Assembly: GCA_964357615.1 (NCBI GenBank)
Contig: CAYHMC010000001.1
Coordinates: 66,602-130,601 of the forward strand
Origin: an uncultured Candidatus Saccharibacteria bacterium
Lineage (GTDB): Bacteria > Patescibacteriota > Minisyncoccia > UBA6257 > JACOXY01
Direction of reading: 5' to 3'
Length of the DNA: 64,000 bases
Below the pieces are notes generated by a model. It saw nothing but the letters and a program-made list of their open reading frames with translations, was not told the DNA's origin and made no database searches. Of this stretch, positions 18,732 to 28,289 are shown in pieces. The first letter of the stretch is position 1, and each line of letters starts with the position of its first letter. Position numbers and translations under genes: made by a program.

Positions 18732-20363
18732 TTATTTCTTTGAAGATGCCTTTATAAATTGCACAAACAAAGGATGGGGTTCGAATGGTCTCGATTTAAA
18801 CTCTGGATGAAATTGTGTTCCAACAAAAAAAGGATGAATTGATTTTGGAAGCTCAATAATTTCCACAAGATTTTTTTCAGGATTAATGCCAGATACGATT
18901 AGGCCTGCCTTTGTAATTTGATCAAAATAATCGTTATTAAATTCATAGCGATGACGATGTCTTTCAGTTATTAAATTATCGCCATATGATTCTTTCGCAA
19001 TCGTTCCCTTTGTAAGTTTGCAGGGATAGCTACCAAGCCTCATTGACCCTCCAAGATTTTTATTGGTTTTAACATTCTGGGCTTGTTCTGGCAGAACATC
19101 TATAACTGGATGTTTCGTATCTTTATCAATTTCAGTAGTATTCGCATTTTTTAGCCCGCAAATATTTCTCGCAAATTCAACGGTTGCAAGTTGCATCCCA
19201 TAGCACAAGCCTAGGTATGGAATTTTATTTTCTCTAGCATATTTTATAACTTTAATTTTTCCCTCGATGCCACGAGAGCCAAAACCTCCAGGAACAATAA
19301 TGCCATCATAGATTTTTAGCTCCTTCAGTTTTTTTGGGTCTTTTTCATAACTTTCAGCGTCCAGCCAATGTATTTCAGGTTTAACTCCAATGTGAGCAGA
19401 GGCATGTCTGATTGCCTCAATTACTGAAATATATGAATCAGACAAAGTAAATGAACCAGTAGAAAAATATTTACCTGTAATTGCAATTTTCACAGGTTTT
19501 TTTGCAGATTTAATTTTGTCGTAAAAATTTTTCCATTTTAAATTGCCAGTCTTTTTTGGTTTTAAATTAAATTTTTGTAAAATTTGTGAAGATAGATTAT
19601 CTTTTTCAAAATTCAACGGAACTTCATAAATGCTTTTTACGTCTGGTGCAGAAATTATAAATTCTGGAGCAATGTTACAAAAAACAGATATTTTTTCTTT
19701 TCGAGGTTTATCTAGTGGCACAATTGACCTTGCAAGAATCATATCTGGTTGAATACCCGCGCTTTGAAGTGCGCGAACAGCATATTGCGTTGGTTTTGTT
19801 TTCATTTCTCCAATTTTTTGCGGAACGGGAAGATAACTAACAAGAACAAACATTACATCATTTGGATTTTTAAGTTTCATCATGCGTCCAGCTTCTAAGA
19901 AAAGCATATTTTGATATTCGCCAACTGTTCCACCAATTTCAATCATTACAAAATCTGCCTTAGCAATTTTTCCAGCTTTCTCAATTCTTTTAATAACTTC
20001 TTCTGGAATATGTGGAACAACCTCTACGCATTTGCCGTTATATTCTAAATTTCGTTCACGATTAATTACTGTCTGATAGACCAATCCGGTTGTCATGTAG
20101 TTGTCTCTATAAATATTTTTATGCAAAAACCTTTCATAATTACCAATGTCCTGATCAGTTTCCATTCCATCTTCAGTAACAAAAACCTCACCGTGTTCGG
20201 TGGGGTTCATTGTTCCAGCATCTACATTTATGTATGGGTCGATTTTGCAAGCAGTTACAGAAAAACCTCTATCTTCTAGAATTCGAGCAATGGAGGCAGT
20301 AGCGATTCCTTTTCCAACTCCAGACATTACTCCGCCTATAATAAAGATATAACGAGGTGTCAT
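18732..20363 (-). CDS. pyrG: CTP synthase
   Basis: N-terminal IFIIGGVMSGVGKGIATASI, and a C-terminal GATase with GLCYGMQ and HPEF. Confidence 0.95.
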   Translation of the reverse strand: MTPRYIFIIGGVMSGVGKGIATASIARILEDRGFSVTACKIDPYINVDAGTMNPTEHGEVFVTEDGMETDQDIGNYERFLHKNIYRDNYMTTGLVYQTVINRERNLEYNGKCVEVVPHIPEEVIKRIEKAGKIAKADFVMIEIGGTVGEYQNMLFLEAGRMMKLKNPNDVMFVLVSYLPVPQKIGEMKTKPTQYAVRALQSAGIQPDMILARSIVPLDKPRKEKISVFCNIAPEFIISAPDVKSIYEVPLNFEKDNLSSQILQKFNLKPKKTGNLKWKNFYDKIKSAKKPVKIAITGKYFSTGSFTLSDSYISVIEAIRHASAHIGVKPEIHWLDAESYEKDPKKLKELKIYDGIIVPGGFGSRGIEGKIKVIKYARENKIPYLGLCYGMQLATVEFARNICGLKNANTTEIDKDTKHPVIDVLPEQAQNVKTNKNLGGSMRLGSYPCKLTKGTIAKESYGDNLITERHRHRYEFNNDYFDQITKAGLIVSGINPEKNLVEIIELPKSIHPFFVGTQFHPEFKSRPFEPHPLFVQFIKASSKK

Positions 20364-20466
20364 AATTTAATTAGTATTAAAATTTTATACAGCAAACGCC
20401 AGACTCAAGTTTCAAGATATTAACTTAAGTATCCACAAATTTTTATGGTATAATTATATCACTATT

Positions 20467-20877
20467 ATGGAAGATAAATTTACGCCACAAGAAAGTTTTC
20501 CACAGAATGATATAGAGCGCATTCAAAAAGAAGTTGAGCGTATTAAAAATACACCAGAATTTGAAGGTGTTGATGACCGAGCTGTAATTAAGGAATCAAT
20601 AAAACAAGCCTATCCTCAAATAACCCCACAAAATGTTGCTTCTTCTGCTAGTCCTGTTACTGACCACAATGAGAATAATTTATTGCCTGCGTATATGCAA
20701 AATGATTCAGACGAAGATAAAGACGAAGTAGAAGAGTTAATTCATTTAGCGCTAACAGCTGGAATAGAAATTGCTATTGCGGAAGCTAGAAAAAGACGAA
20801 CTCGCATATTAGACGACCTTCACGATGCGTTAACGGATAAAGTAATGCCGCAGCTCGAAGACAGGAATAAACTTTAG
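20467..20877 (+). CDS. Hypothetical acidic protein
   Basis: 136-aa ORF. Confidence 0.5.
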   Translation: MEDKFTPQESFPQNDIERIQKEVERIKNTPEFEGVDDRAVIKESIKQAYPQITPQNVASSASPVTDHNENNLLPAYMQNDSDEDKDEVEELIHLALTAGIEIAIAEARKRRTRILDDLHDALTDKVMPQLEDRNKL

Positions 20878-20905
20878 CCTGAAAATCAAATTACAACTTG
20901 CAGAT

Positions 20906-21358
20906 ATGGAAACACTTATAAAAAAACAAGAAGAATCTCATGATGAAAAAATAAGATCTGGAGTTGAGGAGGTAATTAAAAAAAGATTTAATGCGGCTCT
21001 TTTGTTAGAAAAAGACAAAGAGGAATTACCCAATGATTTTCCAAGCATGATAGCTGAATATGTTGAGTTGATAACAAGGGAACTTAGGGATTTAAAATTA
21101 AGTTCAGACGAGGCATTTAGCAGTTTATTAGCCTTATGTGACCCAGAGCTTGGATGGAATTTAAATGAAAATGTAGAAGTTAAAAATTTTTTACGAAAAA
21201 AAGCCAAAGAAAAAGTTGATGATTTTATTGCTGGGCGTAGCTATCTCTATAAGACTTCTGCTAAGCAAGCTGCTTTAGAAATGGCCGAATATTACGCTGG
21301 TTTAGGAATTTTAAACTTGGATACTGATCACGATCTTTTCAACGAATTAACAAAATAA
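20906..21358 (+). CDS. Hypothetical acidic protein
   Basis: 150-aa ORF, co-oriented with and tightly spaced before the VirD4-like gene. Confidence 0.5.
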   Translation: METLIKKQEESHDEKIRSGVEEVIKKRFNAALLLEKDKEELPNDFPSMIAEYVELITRELRDLKLSSDEAFSSLLALCDPELGWNLNENVEVKNFLRKKAKEKVDDFIAGRSYLYKTSAKQAALEMAEYYAGLGILNLDTDHDLFNELTK

Positions 21359-21365
21359 TTTTCTA

Positions 21366-23792
21366 ATGTCAATTCTTTACATAATTCTCTTTATTATAAT
21401 CTCAACACTCCTTGGTTACGGAGGTTATTTTGTTTATAAAAAATCAAATTCAAAAAGGCTTTTTAAATCGTTAGAATTAGAATTATTTTCTGTCGAACTT
21501 CCGCAGTCAACAAAAAAAGAAGGGGAACCAAAAAATCTTAAAGAAGAGATTAATATGTCAGAGCAATTATTTTCTGCCCTTTCATCTCTTGAAGCACCCT
21601 TTGCGCTTGAGGCGTCAGTGAGCCATATAGGAGAAGATATAAACTTTTATATTGGAGTGCACAAAGACTATGCGCAAACAATCGTAAAACAAATTCAAAG
21701 CATTTGGCCGGGCGGACAGATAAAACCAGCAGAAGATTATAATATATTTAATCCAAGCGGAATAAGTTCTTCTGCTTATGTTACCCAAAAAGATTCCTAT
21801 GCACTGCCAATTCGTACATATCAAGAATTAGAGTCCGACACATTTTCACAAATAGTAGGCGGCCTTTCAAAGCTTGATGAAATAGGAGAAGGAGCAGCTA
21901 TTCAAATTTTAGTAACACCTGCACCAAAAAGCGCTAGAGTTGCAATTGGAAGCCGAATTAAAAGATTAAAAGAAGGAGAGTCTTTGAAAGAAGTTTTAAA
22001 TGCAATGCCTTCGCTTTCAAATATTGCGAAAACTCTTTCTACTACTAATAAAGATAAAGATATTCCAAAAATGAAAATTGTGGACGAACAAGCGGTGAAA
22101 GCTTTAGATATGAAGGCAGGTAAACCACTTTTTGGCGTAAACGCTCGTATTGTGGGTTCGGGACCAACACAAATGCATGCGGAAGCAATAGTAAACGGAA
22201 TTGTTACGGGATTTTCACAATTTAGTGCGCCATTTAGAAATAATTTTAAAGTTGTAAGACCAAGAAATTTAGATAAATTTAATTATCAGTTTGTTTTTAG
22301 AGAGTTTGATGAAAGTCAGATGCTAATAGTAAATAGTGAAGAACTTGCAAGTTTTTTTCATTTGCCAACTACTTCAACAAACATTCCACGCATTAAGTGG
22401 CTTAAATCAAAGGAGGCAAACCCTCCTTCAAATTTGCCAGAATCTGGTGTGTTTATTGGAGAAACATCTTATAGGGGAGAGAAAAAACCAGTTTATATTT
22501 CCGAAGCAGACAGACGTCGTCATGTTTATGTTGTTGGTCAAACTGGAACAGGTAAATCCACTTTAATTTACAATATGGCAGTAAATGATATTCGAGATGG
22601 AAAGGGCGTATGTGTAATTGATCCAAATGGAGATTTGATTGAAATTTTAATTCAGGCAATTCCAAAAGAACGAGTTGATGATTTAATAATATTTGACCCA
22701 GGAGACTTATCGAGGCCATTGGGGCTCAATATGCTTGAATATGACATAACGAAGCCAGAGCAAAAATCTTTTATCAGTGACGAGCTGATGCTAATTTTTG
22801 ATAGATTGTTTGACATGAAAACAGTTGGTGGGCCAATGTTTTTACGCTATGCATCTAATGCCCTTATGCTTTTGATGGACGACCCAGACGAAGGTGGAAC
22901 TTTAGCAGATGTGCCAAGAATATTTACCGACCACGAGTTTAGAAACAAATTAGTTAATAAATGTAAAAATCCACTAGTGCAAGATTTTTGGGTTAAAGAA
23001 GCTTCAAAAGTTAAAGGTGAGTATTCACTTGAAAATACCGCGCCATATTTCACTTCTAAGTTTAATAGCTTTATTGCAAATGATTATGTTAGGCCAATTA
23101 TTGCGCAACCTAAATCCGCATTTAATTTTAGACAAGTTATGGACGAGGGAAAAATATTGCTTGTCAATTTATCAAAAGGAAAAATTGGGGAATTAAACGC
23201 ATCACTTTTGGGTATGATAATTGTTGGCAAATTACAGCTCGCAGCATTTGGAAGAGCTGATATCGTAGATCAAAATGCGCGTAAAGATTTTTATTTATAT
23301 ATCGACGAGTTTCAAAATTTTACAACAGATTCAATTTCAACTATTTTATCAGAAGCTAGAAAATATAGGTTGAATTTAATTATTGCTCATCAATTTATCG
23401 CGCAACTTACAGATAAAATTAGAAATGCAGTATTTGGTAATGTGGGTTCAGTTATTGCCTTAAGAGTCGGAATACAAGATGCAGAAACTTTAGTTAAGCA
23501 ATTTGAGCCTGTATTTAACCAAAATGATTTGATTAATATAGACAACCTTAATGCTTATGTGAGATTGCTTATTAATGGGGAAACTTCGAGACCATTTAAT
23601 ATAAAAGTGCCACTTATGTATATTAATAATCTTGAATATGGCGCTAAATTAAAAGAAATAAATGCGCTAAAATATGGTCGCCCAAGAGCAGAAGTAGAAG
23701 CAAGAGTTTACGAGCGACTTCGTGGTCCAATTGCACCAGTATCACCAGCTGCACCACCAAGCACACCTCCTGTTGTGCCTCCCGATAAATAA
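21366..23792 (+). CDS. VirD4/TraG/TraD-like type IV coupling protein ATPase (FtsK/HerA superfamily) with an N-terminal TM and a Pro-rich C-terminal tail
   Basis: Walker A VVGQTGTGKST. Walker B LYIDEFQNF. A TraG/VirD4-type ARKYRLNLIIAHQ motif. N-terminal hydrophobic helix. Confidence 0.75.
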   Translation: MSILYIILFIIISTLLGYGGYFVYKKSNSKRLFKSLELELFSVELPQSTKKEGEPKNLKEEINMSEQLFSALSSLEAPFALEASVSHIGEDINFYIGVHKDYAQTIVKQIQSIWPGGQIKPAEDYNIFNPSGISSSAYVTQKDSYALPIRTYQELESDTFSQIVGGLSKLDEIGEGAAIQILVTPAPKSARVAIGSRIKRLKEGESLKEVLNAMPSLSNIAKTLSTTNKDKDIPKMKIVDEQAVKALDMKAGKPLFGVNARIVGSGPTQMHAEAIVNGIVTGFSQFSAPFRNNFKVVRPRNLDKFNYQFVFREFDESQMLIVNSEELASFFHLPTTSTNIPRIKWLKSKEANPPSNLPESGVFIGETSYRGEKKPVYISEADRRRHVYVVGQTGTGKSTLIYNMAVNDIRDGKGVCVIDPNGDLIEILIQAIPKERVDDLIIFDPGDLSRPLGLNMLEYDITKPEQKSFISDELMLIFDRLFDMKTVGGPMFLRYASNALMLLMDDPDEGGTLADVPRIFTDHEFRNKLVNKCKNPLVQDFWVKEASKVKGEYSLENTAPYFTSKFNSFIANDYVRPIIAQPKSAFNFRQVMDEGKILLVNLSKGKIGELNASLLGMIIVGKLQLAAFGRADIVDQNARKDFYLYIDEFQNFTTDSISTILSEARKYRLNLIIAHQFIAQLTDKIRNAVFGNVGSVIALRVGIQDAETLVKQFEPVFNQNDLINIDNLNAYVRLLINGETSRPFNIKVPLMYINNLEYGAKLKEINALKYGRPRAEVEARVYERLRGPIAPVSPAAPPSTPPVVPPDK

Positions 23793-23806
23793 ACGAAAAA
23801 AAATTT

Positions 23807-24355
23807 GTGATAGATGACAAAATATTTATTGCAGAAGTAAAAACAAAATCTCCCTTTGGGTATAGCTCCTCAAATTTTTTTGAGGAGCTATTTGATTTAG
23901 CAAATACTTATGGGGATGTGATTTCAATCCATACAGACAAAAGGTGGGGAGGATCGTTTGAGTTGCTTCAAGAAGCAAGAAAACTAACAAGCAAACCAAT
24001 TTTAGCAAAGGGGATTCATAAAACCGACGAAGAAATAAATAGGGCGCTTTCTTGTGGGGCAAACTTTGTTTTAGTTGTTGGCAGAATACCAAAAGATATA
24101 TCCCCAGAGTTCCTTCTAATTGAGCCAGTCTCTTTAGAAGAGCTCAGAGCAATTCCAAAAAATTATAAAGTTGTTTGGAATGCAAGAAATTTAGAAACTG
24201 GTAATCCAAAGTTTGAAACATTCGCAGAGGCGCGTAAAATTTTTGATGGTTGGCTCTGTCAGGCAAGTTTTATTAAAATAAAAAATGATATAGAAAAAAG
24301 TGCCAATGCAATTCTTGTAGGGGAAAATTTGAAAGAATTTACATCATCTCTTTAG
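23807..24355 (+). CDS. Compact indole-3-glycerol-phosphate-synthase-like (TrpC-like) TIM-barrel protein
   Basis: IAEVKTKSPFGY matches the TrpC IAEIKraSPSkG motif. ISIHTDKRWGGSFE, VWNARNLETG and ILVGENL segments align with the IGPS core. 182 aa, shorter than typical TrpC. Confidence 0.5.
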   Translation: MIDDKIFIAEVKTKSPFGYSSSNFFEELFDLANTYGDVISIHTDKRWGGSFELLQEARKLTSKPILAKGIHKTDEEINRALSCGANFVLVVGRIPKDISPEFLLIEPVSLEELRAIPKNYKVVWNARNLETGNPKFETFAEARKIFDGWLCQASFIKIKNDIEKSANAILVGENLKEFTSSL

Positions 24356-24436
24356 CTGCGGTTTAGATAATTTTGCTATGTAGTGGTATAATTCAATAGT
24401 TGGTTAAAACTTAGTAAATTTTTTTTTGCTAAAATT

Positions 24437-24754
24437 ATGGATCTACTAGTATTTTTAATTATCGTTGTACCTATTTTTGTGATTTTTGTCTATTTTGATA
24501 TTGAAAAAAAATATTATGCTCTGTCACTTTCCTGGAAAGGAGCTCTCGGCGGGTTATTGGTTGGTTTCTGTTTGATGTTAAGTAAGTCACTTATTTTAAA
24601 TTCCCCTCAACAGCTTTATTTGGCGTATACAAATTTATCTTCATATTTACCCTCCTTAATTTTATCTGTGCTAATTTTTATTATACCGTCCTGTATTCTT
24701 GGATTTTTAATTGGTATGATGATTGAAAGGATTATTTCAAAAACTAGAAAATAG
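24437..24754 (+). CDS. Small membrane protein (3 TM)
   Basis: 105-aa hydrophobic ORF. Confidence 0.45.
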   Translation: MDLLVFLIIVVPIFVIFVYFDIEKKYYALSLSWKGALGGLLVGFCLMLSKSLILNSPQQLYLAYTNLSSYLPSLILSVLIFIIPSCILGFLIGMMIERIISKTRK

Positions 24755-25853
24755 TTTAATTAAATCAATGATTAAGTACTTAAGTAAAACAAATTCGAAT
24801 AAATTAACTTGTGTCGCAATTGTGCGACTTGATTTTAATACTGAAGATGATTGGAGACTGCGAGCCTCAATACCAACACTAGAACTACTTTTAAAGCATT
24901 CAAAGGCTTTAGTGATACTTAGCCACAAGGGCAGGCCACTAGGGTTTCAGAAACAATATACCTTGCGTAATGACGCTCAAAAACTCTCACAGTTACTAAA
25001 TAAAAATGTAAACTTTATTGATAATTTTAATTTTGATGAGATAAGACATAAGATTGCAGATTCAATTCCAAAATCTATTTTCGTCCTCGAAAATCTTCGT
25101 TTTGTCTCTATGGAAAAAGGTAACGATGATTCTTTTGCTAAAAACTTAGCGTCACTTGGAGATTATTTTGTTAACGAAGCATTTGCAGTAAGCCATAGAG
25201 CAGAGGCTTCTGTTGTTGGAATCACAAAATTTCTTCCATCTTATGCAGGGCTTGGGTTAGAAAAAGAAATTAAAAACTTATCAAGAGTGATGACAAAACC
25301 AAAAAGTCCACTAATCATGATTTTTGGCGGTGCGAAAAGTGCCGATAAATTAGCTGTTATTAAATATTTTAGAAAAAAAGCTAAATATTTTTTGATTGGC
25401 GGAGCACTTGCAAATACATTACTTTATTTAAAAGGAACGGATATTGGCACTTCGCTTTTTGAACCAGATGTAAATAAAATGATTAAAAATTTAAGCAATG
25501 ACAAAGCAATAATTTTACCAACAGATTTTAGAAAGCAAGGCTCAAAAATACTAGACATTGGACCTAAAAGTACCTCACTTTTTGCAAAAAAAATTAAAGA
25601 GGCAAAAACAATTGTTTGGAATGGTCCGCTAGGATTAATAGAACGAGAAGCATTTAGGGCTGGTACAATTGGCATAATGAAAGCTATTGCTATGAACAAA
25701 AACGCATTTAGCGTTGTTGGAGGTGGTGAGACTGTAATGATATTAAAAGAGAAGGGTTTTTATGATAAAATAAGTTTTGTTTCAACTGGTGGTGGTGCAA
25801 TGTTAGATTTTTTAGCTGGTAAAAAACTTCCAGGTATTGAAGCGCTAAAGTAA
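24723..25853 (+). CDS. pgk: Phosphoglycerate kinase. The true start is probably internal (Met16 at about 24768), which would remove the overlap with the upstream ORF.
   Basis: LSHKGRP, FVNEAFAVSHRAEAS, FGGAKSADKL, WNGPLGL, VVGGGET and STGGGAMLDFLAGK motifs. Confidence 0.9.
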   Translation: MKGLFQKLENSLIKSMIKYLSKTNSNKLTCVAIVRLDFNTEDDWRLRASIPTLELLLKHSKALVILSHKGRPLGFQKQYTLRNDAQKLSQLLNKNVNFIDNFNFDEIRHKIADSIPKSIFVLENLRFVSMEKGNDDSFAKNLASLGDYFVNEAFAVSHRAEASVVGITKFLPSYAGLGLEKEIKNLSRVMTKPKSPLIMIFGGAKSADKLAVIKYFRKKAKYFLIGGALANTLLYLKGTDIGTSLFEPDVNKMIKNLSNDKAIILPTDFRKQGSKILDIGPKSTSLFAKKIKEAKTIVWNGPLGLIEREAFRAGTIGIMKAIAMNKNAFSVVGGGETVMILKEKGFYDKISFVSTGGGAMLDFLAGKKLPGIEALK

Positions 25854-25973
25854 ACCCGTACGAAATAACTGATAAATTTGTTTAACAAACAAAGAAAATA
25901 ATAATGAAGAAATGTCGACTTACAATATTTATAAATTAATTACGATCATCCTTGATGATCTAATTCATACGGG

Positions 25974-26798
25974 ATGAAAAATATAGTTATCTTATACCAT
26001 GCTGATTGTTCAGACGGCATTGCTGCTGCTTGGGCTACTTGGAAATATTTTGGTGAAAATGCAAGTTACATTCCAATAGGGAATCAGGTAGAGCCACCAA
26101 AGGGCTTAATCGACAAAGAGATTTATACAGTTGATTTTGCTTTTCCTAAAGACATTGCAAGAAAAATTATAAAATCGAATAAACGACTTACGGCAATAGA
26201 TCACCACATTTCAAATAAATCCGCCATAGCCATCACTTATAAACCCCTCTATGCACTAAAGCATTCAGGCGCAACACTCGCATGGAAATATTTTCACGGA
26301 AATAAAAAAACGCCAATATATCTAAGATATATTGAGGATGCTGATTTGTGGAAATTGAAAATGCCTCATGCAAAAGAATTTGTTGCAGCGAGACAATTAC
26401 CAGAAAAGGAAATTCAAACAATTGACGATTTAGTTAAGAAGTTCGAAAGTGCTAATTTTAGAAAAAAATATTTTGCATTTGGTAGAGTACTGCTTAAATA
26501 TCAAAAAATATTAATTTATAATATTTTAAATAACAAAGAAGAAGTTAAAATTCACGGCAAAAAGGCCTTGGTAGTTAATTCACCGGTTTTTATTGACCAA
26601 CTCGCTACAATTATGTACCAAAAAGTTCCTGTTGCAATAATTTGGCATCACAAAAAAAATTCTATTAAAGTGTCACTCAGGTCAAACGGAACCGTGGATG
26701 TTTCAAAAATTGCATCTAAATATGGAGGAGGAGGGCATAAAAGCGCCTCAGCTTTTAAATTACCAAAAAATTCAAAATTACCGTGGCTAAAAAAATAA
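25974..26798 (+). CDS. DHH/DHHA1 phosphoesterase (NrnA-like oligoribonuclease / pAp phosphatase)
   Basis: N-terminal HADCSDGIAAA, a DHH motif AIDHH, and a C-terminal GGGGHKSAS (DHHA1). Confidence 0.75.
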   Translation: MKNIVILYHADCSDGIAAAWATWKYFGENASYIPIGNQVEPPKGLIDKEIYTVDFAFPKDIARKIIKSNKRLTAIDHHISNKSAIAITYKPLYALKHSGATLAWKYFHGNKKTPIYLRYIEDADLWKLKMPHAKEFVAARQLPEKEIQTIDDLVKKFESANFRKKYFAFGRVLLKYQKILIYNILNNKEEVKIHGKKALVVNSPVFIDQLATIMYQKVPVAIIWHHKKNSIKVSLRSNGTVDVSKIASKYGGGGHKSASAFKLPKNSKLPWLKK

Positions 26799-27241
26799 AC
26801 TCAGTTAAAAATTCTTTATTTCAAACCACAAATGATATAGTGGTTTTTATTGATGGCGGAGCGAGAGGAAATCCAGGTCATTCAGCTATTGGGGTTGTAA
26901 TAGCGATTAATGGAGCAAAGAAAAAATACGGAGAATATATTGGTATTAATACTAATAATGTTGCAGAGTATTCCGCATTAGTTTTTGCGCTTAAAAAAAT
27001 TAAACAATTATTTGGAAAAGAAAAATGCAAAGAACTTAAGATTCAAATAATGAGTGATAGCGAACTTCTTGTAAGGCAAATGACCGGAATATATAAAATT
27101 GAAGAACCAAAACTTCGTGATTTATTTATGGATATTTGGAATCTTAGATTGGATTTTGATGATGTGTCATTTCAGCATATCCCACGGGAAAAAAACAAAG
27201 AAGCAGATGAACAAGTGAATATTGCTCTAGACAATAACTAA
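26783..27241 (+). CDS. rnhA: Ribonuclease HI
   Basis: FIDGGARGNPG, the EYSALVFAL segment and the C-terminal KNKEAD, consistent with the RNase H catalytic D-E-D-D. Confidence 0.8.
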   Translation: MAKKINSVKNSLFQTTNDIVVFIDGGARGNPGHSAIGVVIAINGAKKKYGEYIGINTNNVAEYSALVFALKKIKQLFGKEKCKELKIQIMSDSELLVRQMTGIYKIEEPKLRDLFMDIWNLRLDFDDVSFQHIPREKNKEADEQVNIALDNN

Positions 27242-27404
27242 TTTTAAAATGTTATCCCTCATGCATTTTGCATGCTGACTTTCGCATTTCATCGCTCTAT
27301 AAAAGTGGAGCTCGCTTCCACCCATTACTCTTGGGACAGGGAGGATCGTTTTAGTTATCTTTGTAACCGCAGAGCTCTATATTAAACAAAGAATTTTATG
27401 GTTT

Positions 27405-27428
27405 GTTAGCTAAAATAAAAAACCGCCT
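27405..27428 (-). terminator. Hairpin CCCCGCCCC-taag-GCGGTT plus a U-run (minus sense)
   Basis: The plus strand reads aaaaaaccgccttaggggcgggg just past the stop of the 27428-27628 ORF. Confidence 0.6.
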
Positions 27429-27628
27429 TAGGGGCGGGGAAATCCATTCAGAAGAACGCGCTTCCAGCCAGCAAATCTTATTGCCAACTTGGAAATTTTT
27501 CTACGTTTTTTGTGTGGCTTAGATATGATCACAGGCACATCTTCTCCAATATTTGGAACAAAAATTATCGAGTTTCTTTTTTCGAATCCTCGTCGATTAA
27601 AGACTCTAATTCGTCGTCTAAGTCTCAT
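27428..27628 (-). CDS. Small basic hypothetical protein. Its ATG directly follows the in-frame TAA of the upstream ORF.
   Basis: 66-aa Arg/Lys-rich ORF. Confidence 0.3.
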   Translation of the reverse strand: MRLRRRIRVFNRRGFEKRNSIIFVPNIGEDVPVIISKPHKKRRKISKLAIRFAGWKRVLLNGFPRP

Positions 27629-27838
27629 TTATCTCGGCCTCATATCAATTCCATTTATTCGGTTTAATATTTCACTAGAGCAGATTGTTATTTTATGATT
27701 TGCAATATCAGAGACGGAAGATGCGCCGGCTTTTTTTGAAACTTGTACTAATTCAACTATAAGCTCATTATCATTAAACATTTTGATTCTAGTTTCATAT
27801 CCAACAAGCTGACTTAAAACAAACTCACTATCTTCCAT
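27629..27838 (-). CDS. Small hypothetical protein
   Basis: 69-aa ORF in the same frame as the 27428-27628 ORF, separated from it only by TAA. Confidence 0.3.
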   Translation of the reverse strand: MEDSEFVLSQLVGYETRIKMFNDNELIVELVQVSKKAGASSVSDIANHKITICSSEILNRINGIDMRPR

Positions 27839-27933
27839 TTTTATCTCGGCTCTTAAAAAACTAAATAAAACATTATCATATAATAGACCTTCTGCACAAT
27901 AAGGTTGTCGTGTAGAATATTTAAATTACAAAA

Positions 27934-27962
27934 ATAAAACTGCCAAATATGTGGCAGTTTAA
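27934..27962 (-). terminator. Hairpin AAACTGCCA-aatatg-TGGCAGTTT plus a U-run (minus sense)
   Basis: aaaactgccaaatatgtggcagttt after the 27972-28196 ORF. Confidence 0.55.
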
Positions 27963-27971
27963 GGTAAGTAG

Positions 27972-28196
27972 CTACCTTGTTTTTAGTCTATTAAAAAGTT
28001 GTTCTTTGCAAAATTTCAATTTAGTGTGAGAGAAATTTCTCGATGATTTTGCGAGTGCACTTTCCTTTGCAGATTTTACTAGTTCCTCAACCAATAATTC
28101 ATCTGGCAATTGGCGAATTTTGTATAAGATAAGACCGCGGTCGGCTTCGCGTGATACACAATTTTTTACTTTTGTCATTTCTCGGCTCACTTTCAA
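27972..28196 (-). CDS. Small hypothetical protein. The likely true start is the internal ATG (MTKVKN...), giving about 68 aa.
   Basis: ORF with its own terminator. No recognised family. Confidence 0.3.
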   Translation of the reverse strand: MKVSREMTKVKNCVSREADRGLILYKIRQLPDELLVEELVKSAKESALAKSSRNFSHTKLKFCKEQLFNRLKTR

Positions 28197-28227
28197 AACT
28201 AACTATTCCTAAATTAGCATAAATAGT

Positions 28228-28260
28228 AAGAAAATCAAAATCGCCCGTTAGGGCGATTTT
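28228..28260 (-). terminator. rnpB terminator hairpin ATCGCCC-uaac-GGGCGAU plus UUUUGAUUUU
   Basis: The plus strand reads aaaatcaaaatcgcccgttagggcgatttt. Confidence 0.65.
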
Positions 28261-28289
28261 GTGACAAGCCATTGCATAAAGCTATGGCT

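Noticed and set aside
27626-27631. An in-frame TAA between the 69-aa and 66-aa minus ORFs, considered as a pseudogene or stop-codon readthrough.
   Set aside because: TAA-ATG juxtaposition of consecutive small genes is common. Neither half matches a known family that would show a split. It is reported as ambiguous rather than called a pseudogene.
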